NCBI GenBank assembly: GCA_003971905.1
Contig: RSEE01000012.1
Location: forward strand, 868,001 to 932,000
DNA: 64,000 nt
Direction of reading: 5' to 3'
Source of the DNA: Moniliella sp. 'wahieum'
Taxonomy: Eukaryota
Below, piece after piece: positions 26,376-39,237 of the stretch. The position numbers were made by a program, and so were the translations under genes. A model generated the notes under the pieces. The model ran no database searches and was not told the origin of the DNA. It was given only the letters and a program-made list of their open reading frames with translations. Each line of letters opens with the position of its first letter. The stretch's first letter is position 1.

Positions 26376-29300
26376 TTAGGCTGCCGTTGGCATGGGCATT
26401 TGAACCACCGAGGCGCCCGTGCCCGACGCGACGGGCGGCCGAGCACAATCTTGCCCGAGGGGGTCGAGAGGGTGTCGGCATCGCCATAGAGCACAGCGTC
26501 GCCGAGGAAGCCCATTGTCGTCTCGTACGAAGCCTTTTGGAACGGCGAGGAGGACGTAGCCAGACCCATCCGGTTGAAAGGACGGAAGCCGCCATGAGCG
26601 GTTTGGTAGTCCGCAATCAGATACAAGTGACGCATCGACACGCCAATCCCGTACGTCTTGAAGATCCCGCCCATCTCGGCGACGATCGCCTGGCGCGCCG
26701 CCTCCACACCATAGTTGTGCAGCAGCGCGCCAATGTCGTTGGTCGTGATCAGGTCCATGTCCACCTTGCCAAAGCCAAACTCCCAGATGCCGGGGAAGTT
26801 GATGCCTTCGGCCGTGATGGAGGCCTTCTTGTCCCCCGGCTTGGCCTGAGGCGGCAACATGCGGCTGATGCCCTCAATCTCGCGAATCACCGCTTTGCGG
26901 CACGCCGACTCGACCAAGTTGATCAGCAGCAGCTTCTCGTCCCGCGGCAGCGACACCTCAAACTCGGCCCAGAGCCCCTTCTTGGTGTCAAACGAGAAGC
27001 CCGAGAGGTACTTGGATTGTTCTTGGATGTACGTGACCAAGTCGGCAGCCGAATTGGCCAGTGTGTCATCCTCGTCGTCCGAGTCCTCCTCTGCCGCAGC
27101 GCCCGTCTCGGCCTCGGCATCCGAGTCGCCCGACTCGGATTCCTCCCCTTCGCTCGCCTCATCGTCCATGTAAGACGATTGGCCTTTGCGACGCGACGAA
27201 CGCTTCGCATCGTCCGCATCGCCATCTTCATCCCCACCGTCTTCCTCCTCCTCTTCCTCGCTGTCCTCACCCCGCGCAGCTGCCTTCTTGCCCTTACGAC
27301 GGCCCTTGGCCGCCGCGCCCCGCCGACCCGATGGTTCTTCGTCTTCCTCCTCACCATCATCGTCCACGTGGTCACGGAAGCGGGCACCTTGGCCAATCGT
27401 TTTGAGCGCCAAGTTACGGTCGCGACGGATCTTGTCCAAGGCGCGCGTCACTTCATTGTCAAACACGGGCGCAAACTGGACCTTGAGACAGTGGAGGATC
27501 TGCTGCGTGGTGGTCGAGTACTCATCCGCCGTCTCTTCAGGTGGGTAAAAGTCGAGATGGACGGTAACGTCTTGGCGCGCTGCCAACCCGTCTCGGCCGA
27601 TTTGGGAGTAATGCGCTCCGTGACGATGGCCTCATCCACCACCTGGGACAAAAGCAGACGCGAACCGTCCTTGCACAGCTGCTTGACGTGCTCCTTGGGG
27701 TACCCTTCCAGCAGCGGCAGGTGCATAATGGGCGTTTGGATGTGCTGCGAGGCCGTCATGACAATCTCACGCAGACGCGGGATACCAAGCGTGACGTTGG
27801 CGGCACCGTGCCCGGCAAAGTGGAAGGTGTTGAGCGTCATTTGCGTTGACGGTTCACCAACCCCCTGGGCAGCCAGCAGTCCCACCGCTTCGCCCGCATC
27901 CACCAACGCTTGCCGATATAGCATCGAGTTGATCACCTTGAACGCTTCGACGGTCGTCTTGGCCTGCGCCAAGCGCATTTTTTCTTCCGGAATCGGCTTG
28001 CCCGCCTTGGCCAACTTTCTGCGCTCTTTCTTGCCCAAGCTCAGCAGCTGGTCTGGGTTGGTCGACGCGAACTCGGCGACCTTGGTCGCAAAGGATTCCG
28101 ACATGGAGCCCAGGTTGCGCGAGGGAGAGAAGACGTTCATGACGGGCAGGTGCTTTCAGGGTGCTTGAGCGCCTTCTTCATGTACGCCGCAGCCTCTTCG
28201 TCCTGTACCACGCCCTTGTCAATGAGCTCGGCCAACTCGTCAAAGTGGTAGCGCTGCTTGAAGCTCTCGAGGTTGCGCGCGGTAAAGTCAAACTGCTCCA
28301 AGTACTTGGACTTGGTCACGTCCAGCCCATCTTCACCATAGAAGAACTGCAGCACCGTACCATCGTGGTTGCGCACCGTGTGGTCGTAGGCAACGTGCAC
28401 GCCTTCCAAGTGCTTGATCAAGCAACGCTGCAAGTACCCTGAACGCGACGTCTTGACCGCCGTGTCAATCAACCCTTCACGACCGGCCATGCAGTGGAAG
28501 TAGTACTCTTGCGGCTTGATGCCCGTCAAGAAACGCCCGGCCACATAGCCACCTGCAATGGGCGCCGTCTCAAACGGACGGAAGCAGGGCAACGTCTTGC
28601 CACTCACCATTACCGGCACACGCCGGCCCTCGAGCGCTTGTTGGCCCAGCATACACGAGATCGAAGACACATTGACCGGGGAACCCTTGGCGCCCGACAC
28701 GGTCATCATCTGCATGTGGTTGTGGGGGAACTTGCGGTAGAGACCGTCGGGAATGGTCGCCTTGATTACCGAACTGGTAATGTCGTTCGCGGCCGACATG
28801 GCTTCCGAATCCAGTGCCGCTTGCTTGTTGTCGTCCCGCAGCACCTCTTCCAACCGGAGCAGCAAGTTCTGCTTGGTGTTGGGATCGTTCGGGTCTTCTT
28901 CCGTCAAGCCCACCGTCTTGAGTGCCGCCTCCAGACCGACATCCGTCTTCTCGGCCAGAATGCGACGACGGTCCGCGTCGCCCTGGGGGCTGAGGCACAG
29001 GTCGTCCATCCGGCACGTGAACGCACGGTGTTGGAGGAACTTGGAGAAGAGACGACAGGATCGAGAGCAATTTCCCGGCAATCTCCGACCCGTACACCTC
29101 GTACACCGCGTGCACCAACCCGTACGACGTGGCACCAAATTGCGACTTGTCCAGCACGCCCGACACCAGCTCGCCATCCGACACAATCACTTGCTCCTCC
29201 AACGCATGATCCTTGCCCCAGAACTTGGCGCCCACCTTGGCCTTGGAGTGGAGGTTGAGCCCCTGGTAAGGGGCAGGCTTGCGAATGTTGAGCAGGACGG

Positions 29301-31856
29301 TGGAAATGATTTGCTTGCCCGTCCAGCGCGGCTGCGGCTTGAGGATCGCAGGCGGCATGGTCAGCACGCGTCCGCCGCCCGAGTAGCCATTCTCCGGACG
29401 CAGTGCGCCGTACAGGAGCTGTTGGTACTCGCCCCGGGTAAAGAGCGAGTCTTTGCAGGTCACCACGTTCCCGCCACCACGTGGTCCTGGATCAGACCAC
29501 GCAGCGGGTTGCCCGACGTGGGCACCAAGTACTGGTTGTCCGTGTTGGCAATGTTGTAGCATTCTGCCCGCGCCGCCTCGCTCTGGGGAAAGTGCATGTT
29601 CATCTCGTCGCCGTCAAAGTCGGCATTGTACGAGTTGCAGTTGGCGTAGTGCATCCGGATCGTCCGCTCTCCATGCAGCACCCGGGCCTTGTGGGCCATC
29701 ATCGAGGGCTTGTGCAACGTCGGCTGTCGGTTCATCACCACAATGTCGCCGTCCTGCAGGTGGCGCATCACCACCTTGTTCGCCACATTGGTCCGGGTCG
29801 CTTGGTACTGGTTGCTGTACCCGCCCGTGTAGGTGCGCGACAAGTCTTGTTGTGGGGTGAGCAGTTGGCGAGCAAGCGCCGTACGATCTTCCTTGCTCAA
29901 CTTGGTCACCCGTCTCGCTTCCGTCCTCCATGCGAATCGAGACAGCGCCGGGTGGACGTGAGGGCCATTGATGACGAGCTGCGCAAGGTGGTCCACATTG
30001 TGCGGCGTGACACGTTCGGGGTAGGTAAGTTTCTTGGCAAACACGGGCGGCACACCAATCTCGTTCGTCTCAATGTTCACGTCGGGCGAGATGACGGAGC
30101 GAGCGGCAAAGTTGACACGCTTGCCCATCATGTTCTTGCGGAAGAGACCTTCCTTCTTTTCCATCAGTTGCTTGACACCCGTCGGCACCGCCCGGCCCGT
30201 GCTCGCCGCCGGGTTCTTGGTCGAGTCCATAAACGAGTTGACATCCACTTGCAATTGAATCATTGCCCCCAGCAGCGACTCGTACGTCTGCAGCCGCATC
30301 TTGGCATGCGCCTTCTCGGCTGCGATGCGCTCCCCTCCGACAGACTTGGGTCGAGGGGCGCATGCATAGCGGACCGCTGCAATGCATCGTTCAACTCGGT
30401 CACCTTGGCGCCACGCTTGATGACCTTGGTCAAGCTTTCGTTCTGTGCATTCTCAAACACCTTGCCGTTCATCATCGACGGCGGACGGAAGCGGGTAGGC
30501 GGCACAGCAAGCACATCGACAAAAAACACATCCGGGTTCGCACCATGCCGCGTGGCACTGACCGACGACTCGGGCACGTTCATCATGGATGAATCCGTCT
30601 TGCCCAGCCGACCAAACAGAAGCGTGCAAAGCTCCGCCTCATTCGCAAACAGCAACCGCAAATTGGCCCGGCACTCGTCCGGGGGCATCACACGCGTAGA
30701 CCGACCAGTACTGCCAGTGGCCTTACCGCTCGAGGCTGCAACCACGTTGGCTTCCGCGTCCGAGTCATCCTCCTCGTCGACATCCATTGCGTCATTGTCG
30801 GCATCGCCAGCGGCCGCGCGCTGCTTTTTCAGCTGACGGTTGGCCACCGCACGGAAGACATCAGGACGAGCCATGCCCAGCTTGTAGTTGCTTTGCACCT
30901 CGCGCTCGGCCAGCTGCAACTCTACAATCTTCACCGCACCGTCCTTGCGGAGCGCGGGGGAAACCCTAAGCAGATCACACGTGTTAGCGACTCACCCTGT
31001 AGAACGAGAGGGGGGCGAGCGAGGCAGCAAAAGAAGGAAAGACAACGTACGCAGAGCAGTGCGGGCAGCGCTTACGCTTCGAAATCTCTGCCAGGAACTG
31101 CGAATGAGCGACTTGCGCAGGTCAAACGTCGCGTTGTCCTGCGCCTGTTCGCGGGAGGAAGAGTGGATTTTGAGGTGGGCATTGATCGTGGCCGTAACCT
31201 CCTTCTCCAGACGGGCAATGAATTCGGCAATCGTCTCGCGGTCCTGATCCTTGTTCTCCAGTTGGATCGCGCCTGCGTCGCCGTCGTCCTGGGTCAGCGC
31301 ATTGGCGTCCTTGTCCTTGCGGGAGCGCAGGTCGTTGGCGTCGGCCAAGAGCTCGGCGGCGGAAATGCCATGGGGATGCTGACTCATCAGCGCATCCGCC
31401 GCCTGCACCAGCCCGTACTCCAGCAGCCGCAGCGCGCCGGCAAACTTGGCCAGCTCGTCCGGCACGCGGAAACGGTGGCAGTACAAGCACGTGCCACGCA
31501 GCATCTTGTGCATGTGCGTCATGAAGAGCGGGTGGAAGACGGGGGCGGGGAGGCTGATGTGGCCAAAGTGCCCGGGGCACTCAAAGGACGAGAGGTAGCA
31601 TGTCTTGCAGCTGGCGGGGACGGGGTCAGCAGCGGGGGGGCAGGGGGCAGGGGCAGGGGGAGGGGGCGTACATGGATGCCTTGTCGAGCGGGCCAAAGAC
31701 GGGGTCGTAGAGGCCGCCGTCGGTGGGCAGGTTGGCGCTGTCAAAGAGGATGGGGTTGGTGACGGGCTTGACGGAGATGGCGCGGATCTCGTCGGCGGAG
31801 AGGAAGGAGAAGGATGCGGCGGTGATGCGGCCAGAAATGGGCACACTGGGATCCAT
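26376..31856 (-). CDS. RPA190: RNA polymerase I largest subunit
   Basis: [51 protein letters not shown], catalytic [30 protein letters not shown] and [32 protein letters not shown] (Pol I-type), plus an acidic C-terminal insertion. Many 1-nt frameshifts. Confidence 0.97.
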
Positions 31857-31931
31857 CGTGCGCACGCCTGGCCGGCAGAAGAAGAAGCAGTGGTGGTGGT
31901 CGGACACAGCCAGCGGCCTGCGCTGCTGCCC

Positions 31932-31941
31932 GAAAAAAATT
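31932..31941. promoter_or_regulatory. RRPE-like A/T tract upstream of RPA190
   Basis: GAAAAAAATT ~80 nt upstream of the RPA190 ATG in very GC-rich DNA; resembles the fungal rRNA-processing element (AAAAWTTT). Confidence 0.4.
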
Positions 31942-32214
31942 AGGCCCGCCGCCGTTGCACCGATCCCGCGGCGCCGTCGCCCGAACCCGTCTGGTTCCGC
32001 GCCTGGCCATTCCGCTCGGGGTGGGTATTGAACAGATCGCCGCCGGTCGTTTTGCACGTTTCACTCTGCGGCCCAGTTCACCCAGCCCCTTGCGATTACA
32101 TCAGCAGCCCAGCCCACTAGCCCGTTGCCAGGCCTGCCGCCCGCCCCCTCGCCTCTGAACGAACGCTGGCCGCGCCCGAGCCCCCCTCCCACCACCGCCC
32201 GCGCTTTCTCTCCC

Positions 32215-32509
32215 ATGTCTGGCTGGGTTCCCATCTGGGTCGGCATCTTGCCTGCGGCGCTGGCGCAGGCTCCTGGGCCTTGACCAGCAAGAAAGGCCCC
32301 AACCAGACCCTCATCCGCACCTCCATCCTCCTCGCCCTCACCTGCTGCTACCTCATGTGGGCCATCGTCTACATGGCCCAGTTGCACCCCATCATCAGTG
32401 CGTGCCCGTCTCGCCTCTCTCACGTCGTTCCGTCCCCTCACTGACTTGTCTGTCTGCCTACCCTGCCCACGTAGGGCCCAAACGCGCCGACCTGCGCTTC
32501 GAGGACTAA
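32215..32509 (+). CDS. VMA9: V-type ATPase V0 subunit e
   Basis: MSGWVPIWVG...KGPNQTLIRTSILLALTCCYLMWAIVYMAQLHPII, intron 32398-32474, RPKRADLRFED*. One frameshift near 32250. Not captured by the ORF track. Confidence 0.92.
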
Positions 32510-33452
32510 ATGGGGCTGGCCCAAGCTCAGTGGCTGCCCCTCCCCCCCTCACCCATGGCCAGCACGCCTCCCCGCACCTCCTCCCCTTTTCCCACATTCT
32601 CCTCCTTTTTTTCTTCATCGCCTTCCTCCCCCTCCATGTATCCCGCTGTTTCTTCTCTGGTCGTCATTTCGTTGACGCTGGGATGCGTACTTGCTCTTGC
32701 CATCGAGACGTACCTAGTGTCATGGAGCGGTCTTTGTCGTCGATGGCGAGAAGCGACTCTACCTAGCGCCGATGGCACTGGTCGCTCTCTCTGCTTCGTT
32801 TGATCTTTCTCCCCCGTCTCGGGCCTTAGACGGTGGCGGTTGCTGTGCTGACCCACACGCGACTGGCATGAATGACCGATGACCGGGAAGTTGGACCCGC
32901 CTGCGTGACCCAGCAGCCAACGACCGACGTACCGTAGGCCTCTGGCTGTGGGGGGTCGTAGTCATCGCCAACTGGAAGAAGTTTTGCGAGGACAGGTGGG
33001 GGAGTGGACTACGAAACGATGAAACTGGTAGGGAATCGCGATGAAATTCCATGAAACAAGCGATTTGGGAAACAACAGGACAAGAAACCACGACAACCCC
33101 AAGCCCACGACGCAAGTAAGTTGAGAGGTTGAGATCCAATGAGGGTTTCCACCAGGTTGGGGACGGAGAACGCGCGGCGGAGGGTGTTCCCGCTCAAAAA
33201 ATGGGCCGTTCGCGACGCCAAATGCAGGAGGCTGAGGCCGGTAGGCGGAACAAAAGACAGCTGTTCTAGCATTGCACGATAGAGGCCAGCGAGAGGGCCT
33301 TGCGCAACGAAAGGCCGCCCGCCGGAGCCACAACAAGGACGCAGGCAATGAGAAAAGAAGAGGACGAGCAGGGGGCGTTCGAAACACGAAGGGCCATCGA
33401 GCAGAATTGCAAGTTCAATTGCTAGGTTCCGCCGAGGCGCGGAAGGCCTCAA

Positions 33453-33918
33453 GGTTCAAACGTTCAACGTTCAGATGTTCAGCCTCCAAGAGCATTCATT
33501 TTCTCCGGCTGGGAAGGGGAAACAAGGTGATGACGTCATGCACTCTGACACGGCATATGACTGACGTGTGGCATGGGACGGGTGATTTGGGCATGGCATG
33601 TGGCATGTGACAGCGGGCATCCCCAGTGTGACAGGGCGGTGATATGAGGACCTGTGACGATGTGACCTGGCCTGTGACGCGGAGAGTGGCCCCAAGCGGT
33701 ATTCCGTTCCGGCCTCGACTGGGTGTTTGCACTTGGAATTGAAATCTGAAATGGGAAGAAGGGATATTGGATGGTCGCAGCCAAGATTTCAGTGGTCAAA
33801 TTTCAAATGCCAGGGTGCTGAGGCGCAGCAGTGGCGCAGAACGCTGCGCTGAGGCGCTGCGGCTGCGGCCTGCCGGGGGTTCAGGCTCAGGCTGAGCTCA
33901 GCGCGCTGAAAGCTCAGG
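33453..33918. repeat. Composite block of four adjacent short-palindrome arrays
   Basis: AACGTTC type 33453-33481; CATG/GTGAC type ~33528-33680; GAAAT/ATTTC type ~33733-33808; CTGAG/CTCAG type ~33817-33918. Confidence 0.65.
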
Positions 33919-35683
33919 CGCACAGGAAAAAAGCAGCCAGCCAGCCAACCCCCAAGCAGCAGTTTGAAAATCGCATGGTCCGTGCGCGCCGTGGCCGTCG
34001 GCGCACTTTGGCGTCTGGGGCTCCATATTCAAACCCACCCAGGCGTGGGGGTGGAACAGACACCTGCACAGACCGCCGCCTCGGGGTGCTTGGCTGCCCT
34101 CGATGCCATGGCCAGCTGCATGGCAGGCGTGAGGTACGGGTGGGGTGTGTTGGATGTTGTGAGATCTGGGATGGGGAGGCGCTCTGCTCGGCGTGGCCGC
34201 GGTGAGGCCGGTGACCGTTGCAAAAAAGCTCGCATGGTGCATGGGTACGCGCAGGCTAGTGAGACGCGGCGGAGCTCAGCTGGGGTGTCTTGAAACCTTG
34301 GTCGTCGCTGCGCTCGTGCCCACCGATTCCTGGCAAGACAGAGTGGCTCCATCCCAGCACGCCAGAAACGTAAACGTTAAACACCCCGGCGGCCCGAGAG
34401 AGACGGAGGACGAACCGGTACCCCATCGCAAGCAAGCATGCCTCCTACGCTACGTGGGCCCATCACATCGATCGCTTTGTCGTGTGCTTTTGTATTGCAC
34501 CAGCCCTAGGGCCAGCCCTGGCCCCCGACGCATGGCATGACCGCCGTGCAGTAATGCAGAGGCAGTTGAGTTGGAATTGGTATGTGTCGAGGAGAACAAA
34601 GTGGCAGCGAAAGGCGGACACCAGAGATGCGCAGAGAAGAAAGCGCAAGCGCAGCACACACCCTCTCGTCTAGCCCAGCCCCATGGCGGCCACAGGCTAT
34701 CCGAGCGACGGCGCCGTTCAAAGAAGACGTCGTGAATACGGCCAAACAGGTCCCTCGTGCATCTTGTGCAGTCTCATTCTATATCCAGGACCGTGCAATC
34801 TGACGTCTGTTTTCCCAAGGTGGGTTAGGCGACGCGGCCTCCTCGTTTCGGAAGAGAGGCGGTCCTCATCCAGGCTGTGGATCTGATGAAGGACAGAGAG
34901 CTGAAGGAGATGCCAATTGGGATGAATGGTGTCTGCCGCTAGTGGCCTCAGTTCCTCAGTTTTCGCCTGATTCAGCCGGTAAATGCATGTTCTCATTCGT
35001 TCTCTCGGCGTACTGTGAGCGCTGAGCGGGGGCGCCCGGGCATCAGGTCAACGTAACCCACAGGGGACATTGAACCATCGTTCTCTTGCGTTCCACGCCC
35101 CAGCAAAACTAACAGGTGTGCCTTGGCGGCGAGGCACAGACATTCGACCTGTCTTGCCTGGAGAGAGGAGTAACTAGTAACTAGTAAGACTGGCGTCGTC
35201 AACGTTCACGATCGACCACAGACAACTAGGCACACATCTTGCCTCCGCGCGGTGCGTCGTCTGCTGCCTTGCTGCTCCCTAGTCACTCCCTTCCCCCCAA
35301 TCCCCAATTCGGTGGGTGACCTGGACAAGCTAGTCACTAGCTGTCACCCAGGTGCCCAGCCAGCGCCAGCCAGTGCCAGCCAGTGCGCCTGAGCCCTCAC
35401 TGAGGCCTGACCTGACCGGCCTGACCGGCCTGACCAGCCAGCCCAGCCCAGCTGGATCTGTTTTGCGAGTCTCAGCGGCGAGTCTCAGATCTCACCGCTC
35501 GCCCGTCACCCATCCGTCTTCACTCACTGGTCAGCGGTCACCCCACAATTCTGGCTCGCTGCAAGTGAACCATATGTAGTCTCCCTCCCCTCAGCTGCCC
35601 TTTGCATCCGTTTCTCTGTTTCCCCACCACCTCATCCCCCCCCCCCTGCCTCCTACTCGCTCACGACAACAACCTTACTCACC

Positions 35684-37232
35684 ATGGCTCCTGGAGTACA
35701 TGAAGACGGCACCCCCGACACCCGCTTTGGCGCTGACCATGTCGGTGTCAATGGCATGACCCTGGCCCATGTGCTGGGCAACATTGAGCGCGACTTCACC
35801 CTCTCCCGCACCCAACTGCTTGACATTGTGGACCACTTTAGCGAGCTGATGGATATTGGCCTCGCCAACCAGGGCGCAGAATGGCCATGATCCCCACCTT
35901 TGTCACCGGCCTGCCCGACGGCACCGAACGCGGCACCTACCTCGCCCTCGACTTGGGCGGCACCAACCTGCGTGTGTGCGCCATCACGCTTGACGGCAAG
36001 GGCAGCTTTACCATGCAGCAAGAAAAGTACAAGGTTCTCGACAGCCTCAAGACCGGGCCGATAGGCAACCTGTTTGCCTACATGGCCGAGTCGGTCGACA
36101 CCTTCCTCAACGATTACGGCACCGAGGTGGACGAGGGCGAGGCCTATCTTCCCATGGGCTTCACCTTCTCCTTCCCCGTAGAGCAAACATCCATTGACTC
36201 GGGCACACTAATGATCTGGACCAAGGGGTTCAACTGTCCCGATGGCGTGGGCAAGGACGTGGTGGCGCTGCTGCAGAATGCTTTGGACAAGCGCCATCTC
36301 AAGGTCAAGGTGGAAGCGCTGGTCAACGATACAGTGGGCACTTTGCTCACCTCGGCGTACCACCAGGGCGGCTCGCTGCTCGGTGCCATCTTTGGTACGG
36401 GCACGAACGGTGCCTACATGGAGAACCTGTCCTCCGTGCCGAAGATTTCCGTGGACCAAGGCGCCAAGGCGCCGACCCACATGATCATCAACACCGAGTG
36501 GGGCAGCTTTGACAATTCCCGCAAGATCCTGCCCGTGACGCAGTACGACAACAAAGTCGACCGCACTTCCCTCCGTCAGCGGCACCACATTTTCGAAAAG
36601 ATGATCAGTGGCATGTACCTCGGCGAAGTCTTCCGTTCGATCCTGGTCAACATGATTGACCAGCTGCTGCTCTTTGACGGCTTTGCTTCGGACTGCCTCA
36701 ACAAATACCAGCTTGAGTCGTACATCATGTCCCTCATTGAGGCGGACATTGACTCGGGCGTGCCCGCGGACGACCCAAGCAACAAGACGCGCGACGCGCT
36801 GGTCAACAAGCTCGGTGTGCCAGAGGACAAGGTGACGCCGCGGGATGTGGAGCGGTGCGGCGGGTGTGTCGGTGGGTGGGCCTACGCGCGGCCCGTCTGT
36901 CGGCCGTGGCGATTGCCGCGATCATTATCCACACGGGCAACGCTCCGCCCGTCGAGGGCTCCCGCTCCAGCCAGAAAGCCCACCAGCGCTTCGGCGCGTC
37001 CCAGTCGACGGGCCCGCTCAAGGTGGGTGTGGATGGATCGCTGGTCGAGCTCTACCCCCACTTCCAGCAACGCATCCTCGATGCCATTGCCGAGATCTTG
37101 GGCGCGCCCACGGCCCAGCGCGTGCAGCTTGCGCTGGCCAAAGACGGCTCGGGCGTCGGCGCCGCACTGGGCGCGCTCGCTGCTAAAAAACAGCGCTCGC
37201 TCGGTCACGCCGCGGTGCACGTCGCCCAGTAA
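35684..37232 (+). CDS. GLK1: Hexokinase family, glucokinase-like
   Basis: MIPTFVTGLPDGTERGTYLALDLGGTNLRVC, MGFTFSFPV, WTKGF, LVNDTVGT, IFGTGTNGAY, INTEWGSFDN, FEKMISGMYLGE, VGVDGS and AKDGSGVGAAL. Frameshifts near 35880 and 36855. GLK versus HXK assignment is by recall only. Confidence 0.9.
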
Positions 37233-37831
37233 AGCGTTCTTCTCGAGCGGATGCGCCGCGTGGCTGCTTCGCCGGCTTGACTCCGCCCCTCCTCTCCGCC
37301 TCCAACGGCGGCATGTCTCATCTTCTGCCTCACGTGCTTCCCCCCCTCCCCCTCCCCCTCCCCCTTCCTCTTCCCCGGCGCATACCACTGCCAAACGGCG
37401 GGTCGGTCTGCGGCCGCATCTGTATCACGCACACATCTTATTAGTTGGCGAATCAGTGGATTGAGACCATACGGTCCTAGAGTATACCCCTGTTCTCCTG
37501 CCTGCGCAGATGGCCGGTTGTGGTTGGGTAGCGCGTAACAGAAATGGTAGTGGTAGTGTGCGACCACCTGGGACGGAGTTAAGCCGGCGACAGCGAGCGG
37601 CGGGCGGAAGCTGCAGGGGAATGGAATGGTGTGATCGAGCGATGGGTGATGCTGGATGGGTGATCTGGGCTCGCCCTGTTGTTTAAAAATTTCCGACGGC
37701 CGGCGGGCACCAAAGCACACCCAAGCACTCCGCCCGGCACCAGCACGCACCTTGGAGCTTGGCGCCGCCTAGCCTCTCGCCACCGCACCCTCCACCACGC
37801 GCGCACGCACCTGCTTCGCCTCCTCCCCGCC

Positions 37832-38994
37832 ATGTCCGCTGCCCCCGACACCCGTGCTCGTCGTCAGCACACTCACCGCCGCCGCCGATGGCTCCTACCA
37901 GCGCATCGTCGAGCAACAGTCCGCACGCCAGCGCAAGGTCGAGATGTACATGGCCGACCGCATCACCGACGGAGGTGCGTGGGTATACCTGCTGGCTCTG
38001 CTCTGCTCTGCTCTGCTCTGCGTGGCGCCTTTACTGACATGCACCTCCTTGCTTCCCGCTTGCCAGGTGCGGACTGAGCCCGTCGCTGTTGACGAGGCCA
38101 TCCTGGTCATGCCCCTGGGCGACGCTGTCGACACCAAGACCCAGTCCTTGCTTTCCGCCGTCCACACCGCGCTGGTCGATGCGCTCGCCTGACCGTTGTG
38201 CATGCGGGAGAAACGGGGTGGGACGAGACGCTTGCGAAGCGGGTGCGTGGGGAGCTGCTTCTGGCAGGCCTGGCTGACACGGAAATTACGCCGGGCTCGG
38301 TGGCCGGCACCAAACGGGCCAGCGCGGCTTTGGCTGCCGATCGCCGCCTCGGTCTCTCTGCCGCTTCGGGCGACTTCGACCAACCTAGCCAACGGGAATA
38401 CAATGCACGTGTGTCTCTCAACCGATCCAAGGGCCCCAAACGGTCGCTATGGGCAACCACCTTGTCCACCGCCGCTCCGGGCGTAGTCGATCCCGAAGCC
38501 TACTCACATCTCAAGACCGGATCAACCCTTCGCGCATCAAGGGCGCCGACTGTGCCCCGGTTCAACCGGGCTTCTCCCTCGCTGGGTCCAAACGGCGCAA
38601 ACGCGCTTGCAAGGGCTGCACCTGCGGCTTGCGCGAACTGGAGGAGGCAGAGGAAGCGCAAGCGCAAGCGCAACCTCCCCAGCTCAAAGGCGTGACTGAC
38701 AGTGTAGTGATGCTCGAGCGGGAGCAGGACTTGCCCCCCGGCTCGGCCGCGCCCCCGCCTGCCCCCGAGCCCGGCGCAACGATCCGCCGGGAAATCATCG
38801 AGACCGTGACCGGGGTCGATGGGCGCACGAAAAAGGTCAAGCGGATCCAGGTGGAAACCAAGGGCGCTACCTCGTCGTGTGGCTCGTGCTTCCTCGGCGA
38901 CGCGTTCCGCTGCTCCTCCTGTCCGTTCCTCGGTCTCCCCGCTTTCAAACCAGGAGAGACGGTCACCATCCCGGCCGACATGGACGACATGTGA
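37832..38994 (+). CDS. DRE2: Fe-S cluster assembly protein Dre2 (anamorsin)
   Basis: C-terminal DC...[13 protein letters not shown] and [29 protein letters not shown] motifs; N-terminal degenerate methyltransferase-like region with an intron from ~37975. Confidence 0.93.
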
Positions 38995-39237
38995 TGCCCC
39001 TCCCCCTCTTCCGTACTCCCCTTACTGTCTTTGCTAGTCCTTTGTACCATCTCTCTTTCTCTGCCTCCCTCCCCGTCCTTCGCAGACCACTGTATAGCTG
39101 ATCACCACACACTTCTGCGCACCCATCTGCATGCGATTTCGCCCCCACTCTGTTCTGTTCTCCTCTGTAGTCGCGAGCTTTGGATCACGGGACATCGGCA
39201 AATATCCATACGTGGTCCGACGATGCAGAGAGAAGGA

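Noticed and set aside
26387..30836. Long + strand ORFs (593, 451, 268 aa) antisense to RPA190, and similar ORFs opposite SUV3 and NSE2
   Set aside because: These are shadow ORFs expected from GC-rich codon usage and have no recognisable motifs.
32850..33450. snRNA, RNase P/MRP or telomerase RNA (Sm-like ATTTTTTG on the minus strand near 33200)
   Set aside because: No U1, U2, U4, U5, U6 or P/MRP conserved boxes and no TAACCCTAA template were found; a lone U-tract is insufficient.
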